Origin: Minisyncoccota bacterium
GTDB lineage: Bacteria; Patescibacteriota; Minisyncoccia; Phycocordibacterales; GCA-2401445
NCBI GenBank assembly: GCA_040879725.1
Contig: JBBDJV010000008.1
Coordinates: 17,856 to 81,855, forward strand
Length of the DNA: 64,000 bases
Direction of reading: 5' to 3'
A program made the translations under genes and the position numbers. The first letter of the stretch is position 1. Every line of letters begins with the position of its first letter. The notes under the pieces are model-generated. The model did no database searches. It had not been told where the DNA came from and was given only the letters and a program-made list of their open reading frames with translations. Positions 21,019 to 30,795 of this stretch are shown piece after piece.

Positions 21019-22063
21019 CTATCGTCCCGGCAACAGAGCAAACAATTGAAAATATCCAAGCACGCATTGTTACTTTATATCCTGGCCAACCTATTGCCTC
21101 AAAATGGTGGTGTAGCGGTGCGACTTTAAAGAATTTTCTACCGAGAACCTTTTTATAAAAAATTTGAATGATAACCGAGAGGGATGAAAGTATAAGTGGG
21201 AGCGCGATAAGAGGAAGTACTATTACTGCTTTTGTTAAAAACGCAATGACGGTAATTGTGGTTGTTAATCCAAGCATGCCTGTTTCAGACATATAAAATC
21301 GAGCTGGTGGTATGTTGAACCAAAGAAATGCAAGAATGCCTCCTACAACAACAGTACAGAATGTTGCTATGTTTATCTGATCTTGAGCAAATGCAATTAC
21401 CGCGTAGGAAGAAAATATACTAGCCATTACGCCACCTGACAGGCCATCGATTCCATCTATTACTCCACCTGAAAACAGAGCTATCATTATAATGGTAAAA
21501 AAAGGAATGAATAAGTAGCCTAGTTCTAGTGTTCCCCAGAATGGAATAACTATGTCAGTAAAACCATCAAGCTTATACTGAAACCACCATCCACCCACTA
21601 CACCAATAAGTCCAACGACACCTATTCGCATCCATAGAGGCAGACCTCCTGCAATGTACCCACCGTTTCCTTTTACTACCAAGTAATCATCGATAAGTCC
21701 AAGAAGTGAAGCTACAAGGAGGGTGAACAAAGGAAGCCATGTCTGGTCTCTACTTAAAAAATTTAATTTTTCAAATAAATCATAGCTCGTTACATATGGT
21801 AGGAGAGCAAATAAAATTGTTGTTACTAATGCGCTGAACCATATGATCACCCCACCCATTCTAGGGGTTCCTACCTCTTTCTCTTTATGTAGTTTATTGA
21901 ATATTGGTGTTAAGCCACCACCAAGTCCTTGTGTTCGTGCAACTTTTTTCCAAACTTTATTTTTGTATAAAAAAGAAGTCAGTGCTGGTGTGCACAAAAT
22001 TCCAACCATAAATGCACTTAGGGCCGGGATAAAAACCTTTATGATATCAGCTGATTCGAGCAT
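21002..22063 (-). CDS. mraY: phospho-N-acetylmuramoyl-pentapeptide transferase
   Basis: Polytopic membrane protein with MraY/GT4 family motifs (DD, HHHFE); dcw context. Confidence 0.85.
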   Translation of the reverse strand: MLESADIIKVFIPALSAFMVGILCTPALTSFLYKNKVWKKVARTQGLGGGLTPIFNKLHKEKEVGTPRMGGVIIWFSALVTTILFALLPYVTSYDLFEKLNFLSRDQTWLPLFTLLVASLLGLIDDYLVVKGNGGYIAGGLPLWMRIGVVGLIGVVGGWWFQYKLDGFTDIVIPFWGTLELGYLFIPFFTIIMIALFSGGVIDGIDGLSGGVMASIFSSYAVIAFAQDQINIATFCTVVVGGILAFLWFNIPPARFYMSETGMLGLTTTITVIAFLTKAVIVLPLIALPLILSSLSVIIQIFYKKVLGRKFFKVAPLHHHFEAIGWPGYKVTMRAWIFSIVCSVAGTIVALML

Positions 22064-22101
22064 TACCCCATTATACGGGGCAATATGATTTGCTCAAAGT
22101 A

Positions 22102-23121
22102 TTACTGTGTAATTTTCTTTAAGCTAGCCCAGGATAATTGCTCTATATCGTCAAACCTTCCTTCAAAGGTTGAACCGAGAACCGCTATTGCAATAGGGTG
22201 ATTTATGCCAGCGTCTATCAAAACAACCAAATTTCCGCCCGCTAGCTCTGTGTAGCCGGTCTTTGACCCAAGTACGTTAGGTAGCTTGTTTAATGTAGCG
22301 TTTGTATTACTTGCTTCATGCTCAAGTTCATTGAGTGAAGAAAAAGTAAGTTGAGAGTAGCGAGTCGCTTCAAGCAATTCAGGATGTTCCTGATATATGA
22401 TTGATATAAGGTGCGCCATATCTCGTGCAGACCCGTATGCTCCAGATTGACTTTCGCTTACATCAAGACCTGATTCATTCAAAAAATAAGTGGTGGAGAG
22501 CCCAAGTTCTTTAGCTTTTCTGTTCATTACATCTATAAACGTTTCGGGCGTAAGAATCTCGGTTGTTGATGCGGTACTATTCTCGACTTCATTTTGTGAG
22601 GGCAGTAATGCGTTTACGGCAGATGCAATGGCATGAGCTCCGTCATTTGAAGAAACCATAAGTGTGAAATCCAGAAGATCACGCGGTCTCCAACTTTCAT
22701 TTAAATACAACCCTGAATCCCCTTCTTCGAGCAATGACTCTCTTGAGATAGTTATTGTATTGGCTTTTTCAAAGTAGTCCTTGAAAGCATACGCAGTCAT
22801 TAGTTTGGTAACTGACGCAAGAGGTAGTTGGGTGTCGGGATTTAACTCAAAAAGTACTTCACCGGTAACGGTGTCGAACACATATGCGGAAGTTGCCTGT
22901 ATTGAAATAGAATTAAAAGGATCCTCGAGTATTACTTCCTCAGATTCAAGTACGCTCTCTGGTTCAGTAACCGCTACTTGCTCTGTTTTTGTTGCTGGAG
23001 AGAAAGGTATGACAGATAGAATAGCCAGAGGCAATAACACCCCACCGAGTGACTTAATTTGTTCATCTGAAAGTGTAATGTTAGGTATTTTCATGAATCT
23101 CTTCAGCTTTCTTATTTTCAT
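22102..23121 (-). CDS. D-alanyl-D-alanine carboxypeptidase (PBP5-type, S11)
   Basis: Signal peptide; SxxK active site (LASVTKLMTAYA), SxN (SSND), KTG (KTGYT); start ambiguous (TTG 23160 / ATG 23136, 23121 or 23094), 3' of scpB overlaps. Confidence 0.75.
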   Translation of the reverse strand: MKIRKLKRFMKIPNITLSDEQIKSLGGVLLPLAILSVIPFSPATKTEQVAVTEPESVLESEEVILEDPFNSISIQATSAYVFDTVTGEVLFELNPDTQLPLASVTKLMTAYAFKDYFEKANTITISRESLLEEGDSGLYLNESWRPRDLLDFTLMVSSNDGAHAIASAVNALLPSQNEVENSTASTTEILTPETFIDVMNRKAKELGLSTTYFLNESGLDVSESQSGAYGSARDMAHLISIIYQEHPELLEATRYSQLTFSSLNELEHEASNTNATLNKLPNVLGSKTGYTELAGGNLVVLIDAGINHPIAIAVLGSTFEGRFDDIEQLSWASLKKITQ

Positions 23122-23674
23122 CTCCACTATTTTCATTTTCTTCCTCTTTTTGCATTTCAAGCGTGTTTGAAAGTTTATTTTTTACTTCATTAAAATCAGG
23201 TAAATCTTCCAGTTTTGTAACGCCTAGATGAGCAAGAGTTTCTGTAGTGACAGAATAGAGAAATGTTCGTTGGTCTGTTTTGTGTTGCTCTCGTTTTACT
23301 AATCCTCGCATAGTGAGGTGTCTGAGAATAAAAGATGAGTTTACTCCTCTTATGTAATCAATCTCACTTCTTGTAGATGCACCACGGTATAAAAGTATCG
23401 CAACGGTTTCAAGTCCTGCTTTGCCAATGTCCTTCGATAACTCTTCTTTGCGATGAGCTTCGATTAGACTGTGTGAATCCGGATGCGTTCTTAGTTCAAG
23501 TGTATCCTCATGCATCACAAGTGACACACCTCTTCCAGTAAGCGTGGTTTGAAGTAATTGTGCTCCTGCTTTTACATCATCTTCAGAAACCGAGAGAATA
23601 CGTGCCAGTTCTGATACTCGCATCGGCTCAGCGGAATAAAAAAGAAGTGCTTCTATCGCTCTGTCTGTATCCAT
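23081..23674 (-). CDS. scpB: segregation and condensation protein B
   Basis: Two winged-helix repeats; ALLFYSAEPMRVSELARIL is the canonical ScpB start. Confidence 0.85.
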   Translation of the reverse strand: MDTDRAIEALLFYSAEPMRVSELARILSVSEDDVKAGAQLLQTTLTGRGVSLVMHEDTLELRTHPDSHSLIEAHRKEELSKDIGKAGLETVAILLYRGASTRSEIDYIRGVNSSFILRHLTMRGLVKREQHKTDQRTFLYSVTTETLAHLGVTKLEDLPDFNEVKNKLSNTLEMQKEEENENSGDENKKAEEIHENT

Positions 23675-23692
23675 ACCTACATCGTACCGTAT

Positions 23693-24418
23693 TTATCCGT
23701 AATGAGGAAGCGAAACTTGCTTTGATTCAATGCTAATATCTGAAAATTTATCTTCTTGCGCCACATCAAGTATTCCCTGCTTTACTAATTCGAGTAACGC
23801 TAAAAAACTTACAATAACTTCAACCTTTTCGCTCGTATTCCCAGTAAATTCGGAGAAGCTGGTTTTCAGTGTTTTGCTTACTCTTTCGGTAAGTTTCTGT
23901 ATCATCTCTTCAAGTGTGATAACCTTTTTGACTGAGGTGCTTACCTTCTTTGTTTTTTCAGGGACTTTTGATAATAAGTCTTCAAGTGCAGGAAAAAGAT
24001 TCTCAGGGCACAGGTCTTTGGATGGAGCAAAAACCACCATTTTTTCTTTCCTAGGTCTTCGAGAATATAGTATCGAAGTTCCGAATTGCTCTTGTAGCAA
24101 CTTCCCTGTTTCTTGAATTATTTTATACGCACGCAGTCTCTTTTCTAAGTCTTCCATGTCGCCTTGCTCTTCTTTTGTAAAAGAGAGAATGGGCAGAAGA
24201 GACTTCGATTTTATAAGAAGAAGTGTTGATGCTACGAGGATAAACTGCGCGGTATATTCAGTGGGGAAATGCCCTAGAGACTTAAGGTGGTTTATGTAGT
24301 CTTCCGTAACGGATGCAAGAGAAATATCATTGATAAGCATTTTGCGCTTCTCAATGAGATTAAGAAGTGTTTCAAGTGGTCCTTCAAATTGCTCTGTACG
24401 AACCGTGTATGTGCTCAT
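23693..24418 (-). CDS. scpA: segregation and condensation protein A (kleisin)
   Basis: EQFEGPLETLLNLIEKRKMLINDISLASVTEDYI is the canonical ScpA N-terminus. Confidence 0.85.
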   Translation of the reverse strand: MSTYTVRTEQFEGPLETLLNLIEKRKMLINDISLASVTEDYINHLKSLGHFPTEYTAQFILVASTLLLIKSKSLLPILSFTKEEQGDMEDLEKRLRAYKIIQETGKLLQEQFGTSILYSRRPRKEKMVVFAPSKDLCPENLFPALEDLLSKVPEKTKKVSTSVKKVITLEEMIQKLTERVSKTLKTSFSEFTGNTSEKVEVIVSFLALLELVKQGILDVAQEDKFSDISIESKQVSLPHYG

Positions 24419-25812
24419 GCTTTCTTATCAATAGAAATACCAAGTTCGATAAGTTGCGTAGCTGATACTTTACTCGGCGCCTCAAGCATAAGGTCACGTC
24501 CTTCACCTGTTTTTGGAAACGCTATTACCTCTCTAATATTAGGCTCATTCAAAAGAATCATCAGTAACCTATCAAAGCCCCAAGCGATACCGCCATGTGG
24601 CGGAGTGCCTGTTTTAAAGGCTTCTAGCATGTGTCCAAAGTTCTCTTGTATCGCTTCAGGTGAATGTCCGAGTATTGCAAGGATTTTTTCCTGCACTTTT
24701 GCATTGTGAATACGAATACTACCACCTCCTATCTCAAGGCCGTTTAGCGCGATGTCATACTGGTTTGAAATGATTGATTCAAGATTCTTTTCATTCATCA
24801 CATCATCCACGTACTCGTCCTTCGGTGAACAGAATGGGTTGTGACTAAAGGTATATCCGGTATCAGTTTTTTCAAAAAGAGGAAAATCAATCACCCAGCA
24901 AAACGCTAAAAGATTTGGGTCTTTTTTATCTTCTCGCAAGTCAGGTCTGTCATTTCCGTATTTTTCCATCGCTTCTTTATAAGTAAGACGCGGGAAAGGA
25001 ATTTGTTGAATTACTTTTTCCGGAAACAGAACTTTCACAATATCAATCAGTAGCTCTTCATTAAGGCGAAGTATTTCCTCTCGTGTTGGAAATGCCATCT
25101 CCATATCAAGCTGAGTAAATTCTGGCTGCCTATCTCCACGTGTATCTTCGTCTCTCATGCAACGCGCGATTTGGAAATACTTTTCAAAACCAGAAGCCAT
25201 CAGAAGCTGTTTAAACTGCTGTGGCGACTGAGGTAGTGCGTAAAACTGTCCATTGTCGAGGCGTGAAGGTACGATATAGTCTCGCGCTCCTTCCGGAGTT
25301 GACTTGGTAAGAAGAGGTGTTTCAATTTCAATAAAATTTTTCGCATCCAGAAAGTCACGGATAAATTTCGTTACTTCGTAGCGCTTACGAATATTTTTCT
25401 GAAGCCGTGCTCGTCTTAAATCCAAATAGCGATAACGAAGACGAGACTCTTCTCCTATTTCATGACCATCGGTTGAAATATCAATAGCTGGTGTTTCTGA
25501 CTCATTGAGTATGGTTATAGAAAGAAGTTCAAGCTCAATTGAGCCATTCATCTCGTCCTGCTTGACCATTTTCGGAGGACGCTCGTTGACTTGTGCTGTA
25601 ACCTCTACAACCCACTCAGTACGGAGCTTGTTTGCCACTTCCTGAGCTTCTGTATGGTTTGGCAGTGCTACAGCTTGTACCTTCCCTGTTTCGTCTCGAA
25701 GGTCAAGGAAAATAAGCTTTCCGTGATCACGGCGTATGTCCACGAGCCCAAGAACACAAACACTGTCCCCTACTCTGTTCTTTAAATCCTTTATGTATAT
25801 TCTTTCTTTCAT
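24415..25812 (-). CDS. aspS: aspartate--tRNA ligase (short form lacking GAD insertion)
   Basis: N-terminal OB anticodon-binding domain; class II motif 2 LPQSPQQFKQLLMASGFEKYFQIARCMRDEDTRGDRQPEFTQLDMEMAF is nearly identical to the bacterial AspRS consensus. Confidence 0.8.
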   Translation of the reverse strand: MKERIYIKDLKNRVGDSVCVLGLVDIRRDHGKLIFLDLRDETGKVQAVALPNHTEAQEVANKLRTEWVVEVTAQVNERPPKMVKQDEMNGSIELELLSITILNESETPAIDISTDGHEIGEESRLRYRYLDLRRARLQKNIRKRYEVTKFIRDFLDAKNFIEIETPLLTKSTPEGARDYIVPSRLDNGQFYALPQSPQQFKQLLMASGFEKYFQIARCMRDEDTRGDRQPEFTQLDMEMAFPTREEILRLNEELLIDIVKVLFPEKVIQQIPFPRLTYKEAMEKYGNDRPDLREDKKDPNLLAFCWVIDFPLFEKTDTGYTFSHNPFCSPKDEYVDDVMNEKNLESIISNQYDIALNGLEIGGGSIRIHNAKVQEKILAILGHSPEAIQENFGHMLEAFKTGTPPHGGIAWGFDRLLMILLNEPNIREVIAFPKTGEGRDLMLEAPSKVSATQLIELGISIDKKA

Positions 25813-25823
25813 TTTTTTATTGG

Positions 25824-26861
25824 TTAATTCGTAACACCTATTGCAACTTTTGCTTGAAGGAGTTTTTCTGAAGCAATCTTGTTTGCTTTCTTCGCTCCAT
25901 TTTCCAAAACGGAATCAATATAATCTGGCTTTTGTAAAAGTGAAGTATATTTTTCTCTCAAGGGTGTGATGAACTCAATTATTTTACTAGAGAGAAGTTC
26001 TTTTGCTTCTTTGTATCCCAACTCCCCTGTTTCGTATCTATCCTTCAATGCGACTTTTTCACTTTCATTTACAAAGAGCGAAATGAGTGTGAACAAAGTA
26101 TCTCCAGGGTCATTTCGGGTTCCTTTTGCATTTGAATTGGTAACAACGCTCATACATGCTCTTTCTATTACTTCATCAGTTCCAAACAAAGGAATAACGT
26201 TGTTGTAGCTCTTGCTCATTTTCTGACCATCGAGCCCCGGCACTGTTTTAACAGATTCAATAATAAGTGGTTCTGGTGAAGTAAACACTTCTTCATTAAA
26301 AATTCGGTTAAACTTTAAAGCGGTATCTCTCGCTATTTCAATGTGTTGTTTTTGGTCTTGTCCAACCGGTACAACCTGTGGGCTGTAAAGGAGAATGTCT
26401 GACGCCATAAGCAGTGGGTAATTAAACGTTCCCACAGATATATCCTTATTTTTTGCTTCAGCATCTTTAAACGCATGCGCTCGCATTAGATACGGCATTG
26501 TTGTGATTGAAGTGAAAATAGTGAAAAGCTCTGTATGCGCGGAAATATCAGACTGCTTAAACAGAACTACCTTTTCAGGATCAAGCCCGCAAGCTATATA
26601 TGACGCGGCAATACTTCTCGACAGTGTTTGCATCTCACTTTTATTTTGTATGAAATTCAATGCGTGATAGTCAGCAATAAAAACAAACGCCTCATAGTCG
26701 TTTTGAAGGTCAATAAACTGCTTGAGTGCACCAAAGTAGTTCCCGATATGTAGTTCGCCTGTGGGTTTTATGCCTGATAACAGTCTTTTTTTCATGCTTT
26801 TGAGTGTACCAGAAAAACGTCTAATTTTAAAGCTGTTTTGCTGAAAGGTACTCGAGCACAC
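25824..26861 (-). CDS. trpS: tryptophan--tRNA ligase
   Basis: 345 aa; GELHIGNY (HIGH) and KMSKS literal; size typical of TrpRS rather than TyrRS. Confidence 0.85.
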   Translation of the reverse strand: MCSSTFQQNSFKIRRFSGTLKSMKKRLLSGIKPTGELHIGNYFGALKQFIDLQNDYEAFVFIADYHALNFIQNKSEMQTLSRSIAASYIACGLDPEKVVLFKQSDISAHTELFTIFTSITTMPYLMRAHAFKDAEAKNKDISVGTFNYPLLMASDILLYSPQVVPVGQDQKQHIEIARDTALKFNRIFNEEVFTSPEPLIIESVKTVPGLDGQKMSKSYNNVIPLFGTDEVIERACMSVVTNSNAKGTRNDPGDTLFTLISLFVNESEKVALKDRYETGELGYKEAKELLSSKIIEFITPLREKYTSLLQKPDYIDSVLENGAKKANKIASEKLLQAKVAIGVTN

Positions 26862-27270
26862 TGTTTAGGAGCTTACTTCGTGTTTCGGTGAGTTGCACGT
26901 CCTTTGCGTGAGCAAGGTCTACCCATTTGGTATCATTTACCTCGTCTACTTGTGGAGAAAGCTCTTTCGAATAAACAATCGCGGGTGCGTATTCGACAAC
27001 TTTTAAACGTGGATAGCCTTCCTTGTGGTGTGTATATGATTCAGAAAAAATGAGCCCTTCAAGTAATTCAAAATCAGTGATTCCTGTTTCTTCAGAAAAT
27101 TCTCTCTTGGCAGCTATGAGAGGCTCTTCGTCCTTTTCAGAGTGACCTTTAGGAAAACCCCACTTGCCTTCTTTGTGCTGAATGAACAAAACTTCAATTT
27201 CTCCGTTTTTGTTTTTATAGAGCGGAACTATGCCGTATGAGTATTCGGTATCACTCGCTCCCTCTTTCAT
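26827..27270 (-). CDS. NUDIX hydrolase
   Basis: Nudix box GFPKGHSEKDEEPLIAAKREFSEETGI (Gx5Ex7REUxEExGU). Confidence 0.75.
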   Translation of the reverse strand: MKEGASDTEYSYGIVPLYKNKNGEIEVLFIQHKEGKWGFPKGHSEKDEEPLIAAKREFSEETGITDFELLEGLIFSESYTHHKEGYPRLKVVEYAPAIVYSKELSPQVDEVNDTKWVDLAHAKDVQLTETRSKLLNSVLEYLSAKQL

Positions 27271-27509
27271 ATGAGTAGTATACCATGATGGTGGTATGTA
27301 TTAATAGGATTAACTTATCTTGATAGTCAATTTTTAAAAGTATACTTTTAAAAATAAAGATAGATGGAATTATTCAATTTTTTTGCTTTTTTCCTGTAAT
27401 GTTTTATACTTGTCCTATCAGAAATTGCCTCGACCACCAACCGAGCGCACCGCAACCAAGCGACTTATAGCCTCGCCCTAATCTGATAATACTTTATTTT
27501 ACACAATCC

Positions 27510-29276
27510 ATGTCATCCATAGAACAGATCAGACATTCGTACGCGCACCTCCTGGCCGCAGTCATCGAAAAGATGTATCCTGGCGCAAAAAACACCATCG
27601 GTCCAGCTGTCGAGAACGGCTTTTATTATGACTTCGAGTTCCCAACAGGCGAAGATGACAAGTCTGCTGGACCAACAAACAAAGACTTCCTGAAGATCGA
27701 GTCGAATATGCGAAAGCTCCTTCCCCATTGGAAGGGATTCGAAAAAATCGTCGTCACCGCAGACGAAGCTCGTGCTAAATTCAACAACAACCCTTACAAG
27801 CTTGAGCTCATTGAGGAAATCGTCAAAAAAGGCGAGAAAATTACTCTCTATAAATCAGGTGAATTCATAGACCTCTGTCGCGGTGGCCATTCCGATATCA
27901 AAGACATGAAACCCGACGCTTTTAAAATTGACCGCATCGCCGGCGCATACTGGCGTGGCGACGAAAAGAACAAAATGCTCACCAGAATCTATGGATTGGC
28001 GTTTTCGACGAAGGAAGAGCTCGATGCCTATCTGGCACAGCAAGAAGAGATGAAGAAGCGCGACCATCGTATACTCGGAAAAGATCTCCAGCTTTTTACC
28101 TTCTCGCCTATCGTTGGTTCAGGTCTCCCGATCTGGCTTCCCAAAGGCGCAACTGTCCGACGTATACTTGAGCGCTTTATTGTCGATACAGAGATCGAAT
28201 GGGGCTATCTTCATGTAAACACGCCAGATATCGCTAAGCTCGACCTCTACAAGAAATCAGGACACTACCCGTATTACAAGGAATCGATGTACGCACCTAT
28301 CAAGATTGATGAGGACGAGTTCATGCTTCGTCCGATGACCTGTCCCCATCATTTTCAAATCTTCTCTGATTCACCAAAGAGCTACCGCGATCTCCCGATG
28401 AGGATTGCCGAGCTCGCAAAGCTCTATCGCTATGAGGCATCCGGCGAACTCTCAGGCCTGATCCGCGTCCGTGGATTCTGTCTTGCAGATGCACACATTA
28501 TCGCCGCTGATGAAAGTCAAGCGAAGTCTGAAGTCATGAAGGCTCTCGACCTCATAGAATATATCGCAAAGATCTTTGGACTCGCGCAAGGACAAGACTA
28601 TCGCTATCGATTGTCGCTCGGAGACCGATCCAACAGCGTAAAATATTATAAAAACGATGAAGCGTGGAGCAAAGGAGAAGCTGTTCTGCGTGAAGTTCTC
28701 CAAGAGAGAAAGTGCTCGTTCTTTGAAGTCGAAAATGAAGCTGCGTTCTATGGTCCAAAGATAGATATTCAGATGAAAGACGTGCGCGGAAAAGAAAATA
28801 CCGCCTTTACCGTTCAATATGACTTCTGTATGCCTGACCGCTTCGAGCTCGAATATACGGCTCAAGACGGTACCAAAAGACGTCCAATCGTTATCCATCG
28901 CTCTTCCATCGGCGCCATCGAACGCGTCATGGCGTTTCTCATCGAGCACTATGCAGGTAACTTTCCGCTCTGGCTAGCCCCAGTTCAGGTGAAGATTTGC
29001 CCTGTCCGTGAGACGAATTTTGACTGTGCAAAAGAGGTTGGAGAAATCCTAGCCAAGACAGGTATACGCGTAGACGTTGATCTTAGTCCTGCAGGCTTTG
29101 GCAAAAAAATTCGCGAAGCAAACGATATGAAAATTCCATATACTATTATTATCGGTGACCAAGACATGAAAAAAGGCGTCGTAACTCTGGAATCCCGCGA
29201 CAAAGGAAAGATTGGAGAAATGGAAGTAGAAAAGGTCAGCGAAATACTAACGAAGGAAAGCGAATCAAAGAAGTAA
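27510..29276 (+). CDS. thrS: threonine--tRNA ligase
   Basis: 588 aa; N-terminal editing/second-additional domain with the HxxxH...CxxxH zinc region, class II catalytic core, C-terminal anticodon-binding domain; codon usage is visibly C/G-ending unlike neighbours. Confidence 0.9.
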   Translation: MSSIEQIRHSYAHLLAAVIEKMYPGAKNTIGPAVENGFYYDFEFPTGEDDKSAGPTNKDFLKIESNMRKLLPHWKGFEKIVVTADEARAKFNNNPYKLELIEEIVKKGEKITLYKSGEFIDLCRGGHSDIKDMKPDAFKIDRIAGAYWRGDEKNKMLTRIYGLAFSTKEELDAYLAQQEEMKKRDHRILGKDLQLFTFSPIVGSGLPIWLPKGATVRRILERFIVDTEIEWGYLHVNTPDIAKLDLYKKSGHYPYYKESMYAPIKIDEDEFMLRPMTCPHHFQIFSDSPKSYRDLPMRIAELAKLYRYEASGELSGLIRVRGFCLADAHIIAADESQAKSEVMKALDLIEYIAKIFGLAQGQDYRYRLSLGDRSNSVKYYKNDEAWSKGEAVLREVLQERKCSFFEVENEAAFYGPKIDIQMKDVRGKENTAFTVQYDFCMPDRFELEYTAQDGTKRRPIVIHRSSIGAIERVMAFLIEHYAGNFPLWLAPVQVKICPVRETNFDCAKEVGEILAKTGIRVDVDLSPAGFGKKIREANDMKIPYTIIIGDQDMKKGVVTLESRDKGKIGEMEVEKVSEILTKESESKK

Positions 29277-29278
29277 AC

Positions 29279-29316
29279 AATCACCTGCCCCTATTAGGGC
29301 AGGTGATTTTGTGTTT
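29279..29316 (+). terminator. rho-independent terminator after thrS
   Basis: perfect 10-bp stem tcacctgccc/gggcaggtga (29281-29290/29297-29306), 6-nt loop, then ttttgtgttt. Confidence 0.6.
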
Positions 29317-29598
29317 GCAGGATAATCGCCAGCAGGGCGACTTGTGACTGTTACAGAGATTAGCTTGCTAAACAGCGATAGCTGATCAACTTCGTTATGA
29401 TGATGTTGATGACGAATGTACCTTCGTATGATCTACTCATCTAATCCAGTAGTTGAAACAAAGTATCCACATGCCTACAAGACTTTCTTTTTAATATAGT
29501 CGTGGGTTCTCTTAATTTTTTTCTTCATCCACCCTGACAACTTTCCTTTGATATTATTAAGTAAAAAAGCCCCGACTTGCGAGGCTTGTGCTAATACT

Positions 29599-30546
29599 TT
29601 AGAGAATTTCAGACAATTTGTTGAGCGTGAGTGCATTATTTTCCGTAATATTCAAAGAAGATGCACTAATCTCACCAACGTAGTCGAATTTGTCACCGGA
29701 AATACCTGAAGTGAACGAATATACGCACTCTGGGACTTCATCGTGGTAGCCACCTTCTAAGACAGCAAAAGTAGGTTTACCGATAGAAGCTATGAGTTTA
29801 CCGGCTTCGTAAAATCCTCGCTTCGTGTAATTGAGCTTAAGTAGTCGATCCTTACCATAGCCGTCAGCACCAAATGATACTGCCACATGGTCAGGATTAA
29901 ACTTTTCAATGTACTGTTTCAGAAAACCGATCGATGCCAGTAATACGTCATCACCTGATTCCTGCTCCAACGGTACATTGATCACTTTTTGAAAGCTCGG
30001 ACCTTTACCGATATCTGAAGCTGAACCAGAATACGGGTATATGCCCGATTGATGGATAGAGCAATACAACACCTTATCGCTATTACGAAATATTGCTTGA
30101 GTACCGTTTCCGTGGTGACCGTCAATATCAATAATACAAACCCGCGATCCACTTTCCAATAAGTAGGAGGAAGCGACAGCCACATTATTAAAAAAACAGA
30201 AACCTTCTGCTTTCTCTTTCGAGGCGTGATGACCTGGTGGACGAGTTACGGCAAACCCATTTTCACGAGCTGCCATAATAGCCAAGGTTACAGAAGCAAT
30301 CATTGCACCATAACTATCTGGCGTGAGTGGAACCTCAGCAAGCTCACACTTGGATTTACAGGCGCCTCTAACTTTTTGAACATATCTAGCTGAATGAACG
30401 GATTTCAGATATTTATCTGCCACGCTGGCAAGCTCAGGTAGCTGTTGTTCTGATACGCTTTCCTTGAACCCCGAGACACGATACGAGCCCTCGACATCCG
30501 AGTTTGAATTATGGCTTTGTGTTACCTTGCAGTGAAAAATTTTCAT
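29599..30546 (-). CDS. histone deacetylase-superfamily protein (acetoin utilization AcuC / acetylpolyamine amidohydrolase-like)
   Basis: PGHHA...GFCFFNNVAVA...IIDIDGHHGNGTQ: class I/II HDAC zinc-site motifs. Confidence 0.8.
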   Translation of the reverse strand: MKIFHCKVTQSHNSNSDVEGSYRVSGFKESVSEQQLPELASVADKYLKSVHSARYVQKVRGACKSKCELAEVPLTPDSYGAMIASVTLAIMAARENGFAVTRPPGHHASKEKAEGFCFFNNVAVASSYLLESGSRVCIIDIDGHHGNGTQAIFRNSDKVLYCSIHQSGIYPYSGSASDIGKGPSFQKVINVPLEQESGDDVLLASIGFLKQYIEKFNPDHVAVSFGADGYGKDRLLKLNYTKRGFYEAGKLIASIGKPTFAVLEGGYHDEVPECVYSFTSGISGDKFDYVGEISASSLNITENNALTLNKLSEIL

Positions 30547-30692
30547 AGTTTTATCTTATGGTAGCAAAAGTGATCATAAACGCCCGTGGAAGAAAATCTG
30601 TGCTAAATCAGACGGCAAGAACAAAAGGGGCTATTCTATATTAAATTGCCAGAGGTGAAATAATTAATTAAAACCACCCACAAAATATGTAG

Positions 30693-30722
30693 TTGACATA
30701 TAATAATGCGAGATGCTATCAT
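30693..30722 (+). promoter_or_regulatory. sigma-70-like promoter upstream of the DUF397 gene
   Basis: TTGACA (30693-30698), 18-bp spacer, TATCAT (30717-30722), ~75 nt before the ATG at 30796. Confidence 0.4.
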
Positions 30723-30795
30723 TGTAAATAGATTTTCCGATTTTTACTAAAGTCGGCACAGCAGTGCATTTCTGATCACTATTAAAAAGTGTGTT

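Noticed and set aside
27333-27354. 22-bp AT-only palindrome ttttaaaagtatacttttaaaa upstream of thrS
   Set aside because: Low-complexity AT-rich palindromes arise easily in AT-rich intergenic DNA. It may contribute to the promoter region, but it is not distinctive enough to call.
29397-29444. Met-rich micro-ORF MMMLMTNVPSYDLLI in the thrS-HDAC spacer, possibly a leader peptide
   Set aside because: There is no downstream plus-strand gene for it to regulate, and no convincing RBS or attenuator structure. It is probably chance in AT-rich DNA. The 280-bp spacer could still hold an ncRNA.
29560-29598. Possible terminator for the HDAC-like gene (aagcc...ggctt followed by a U-run on the minus strand)
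   Set aside because: The stem is only ~5 bp with mismatches. It is too weak to annotate as a feature.
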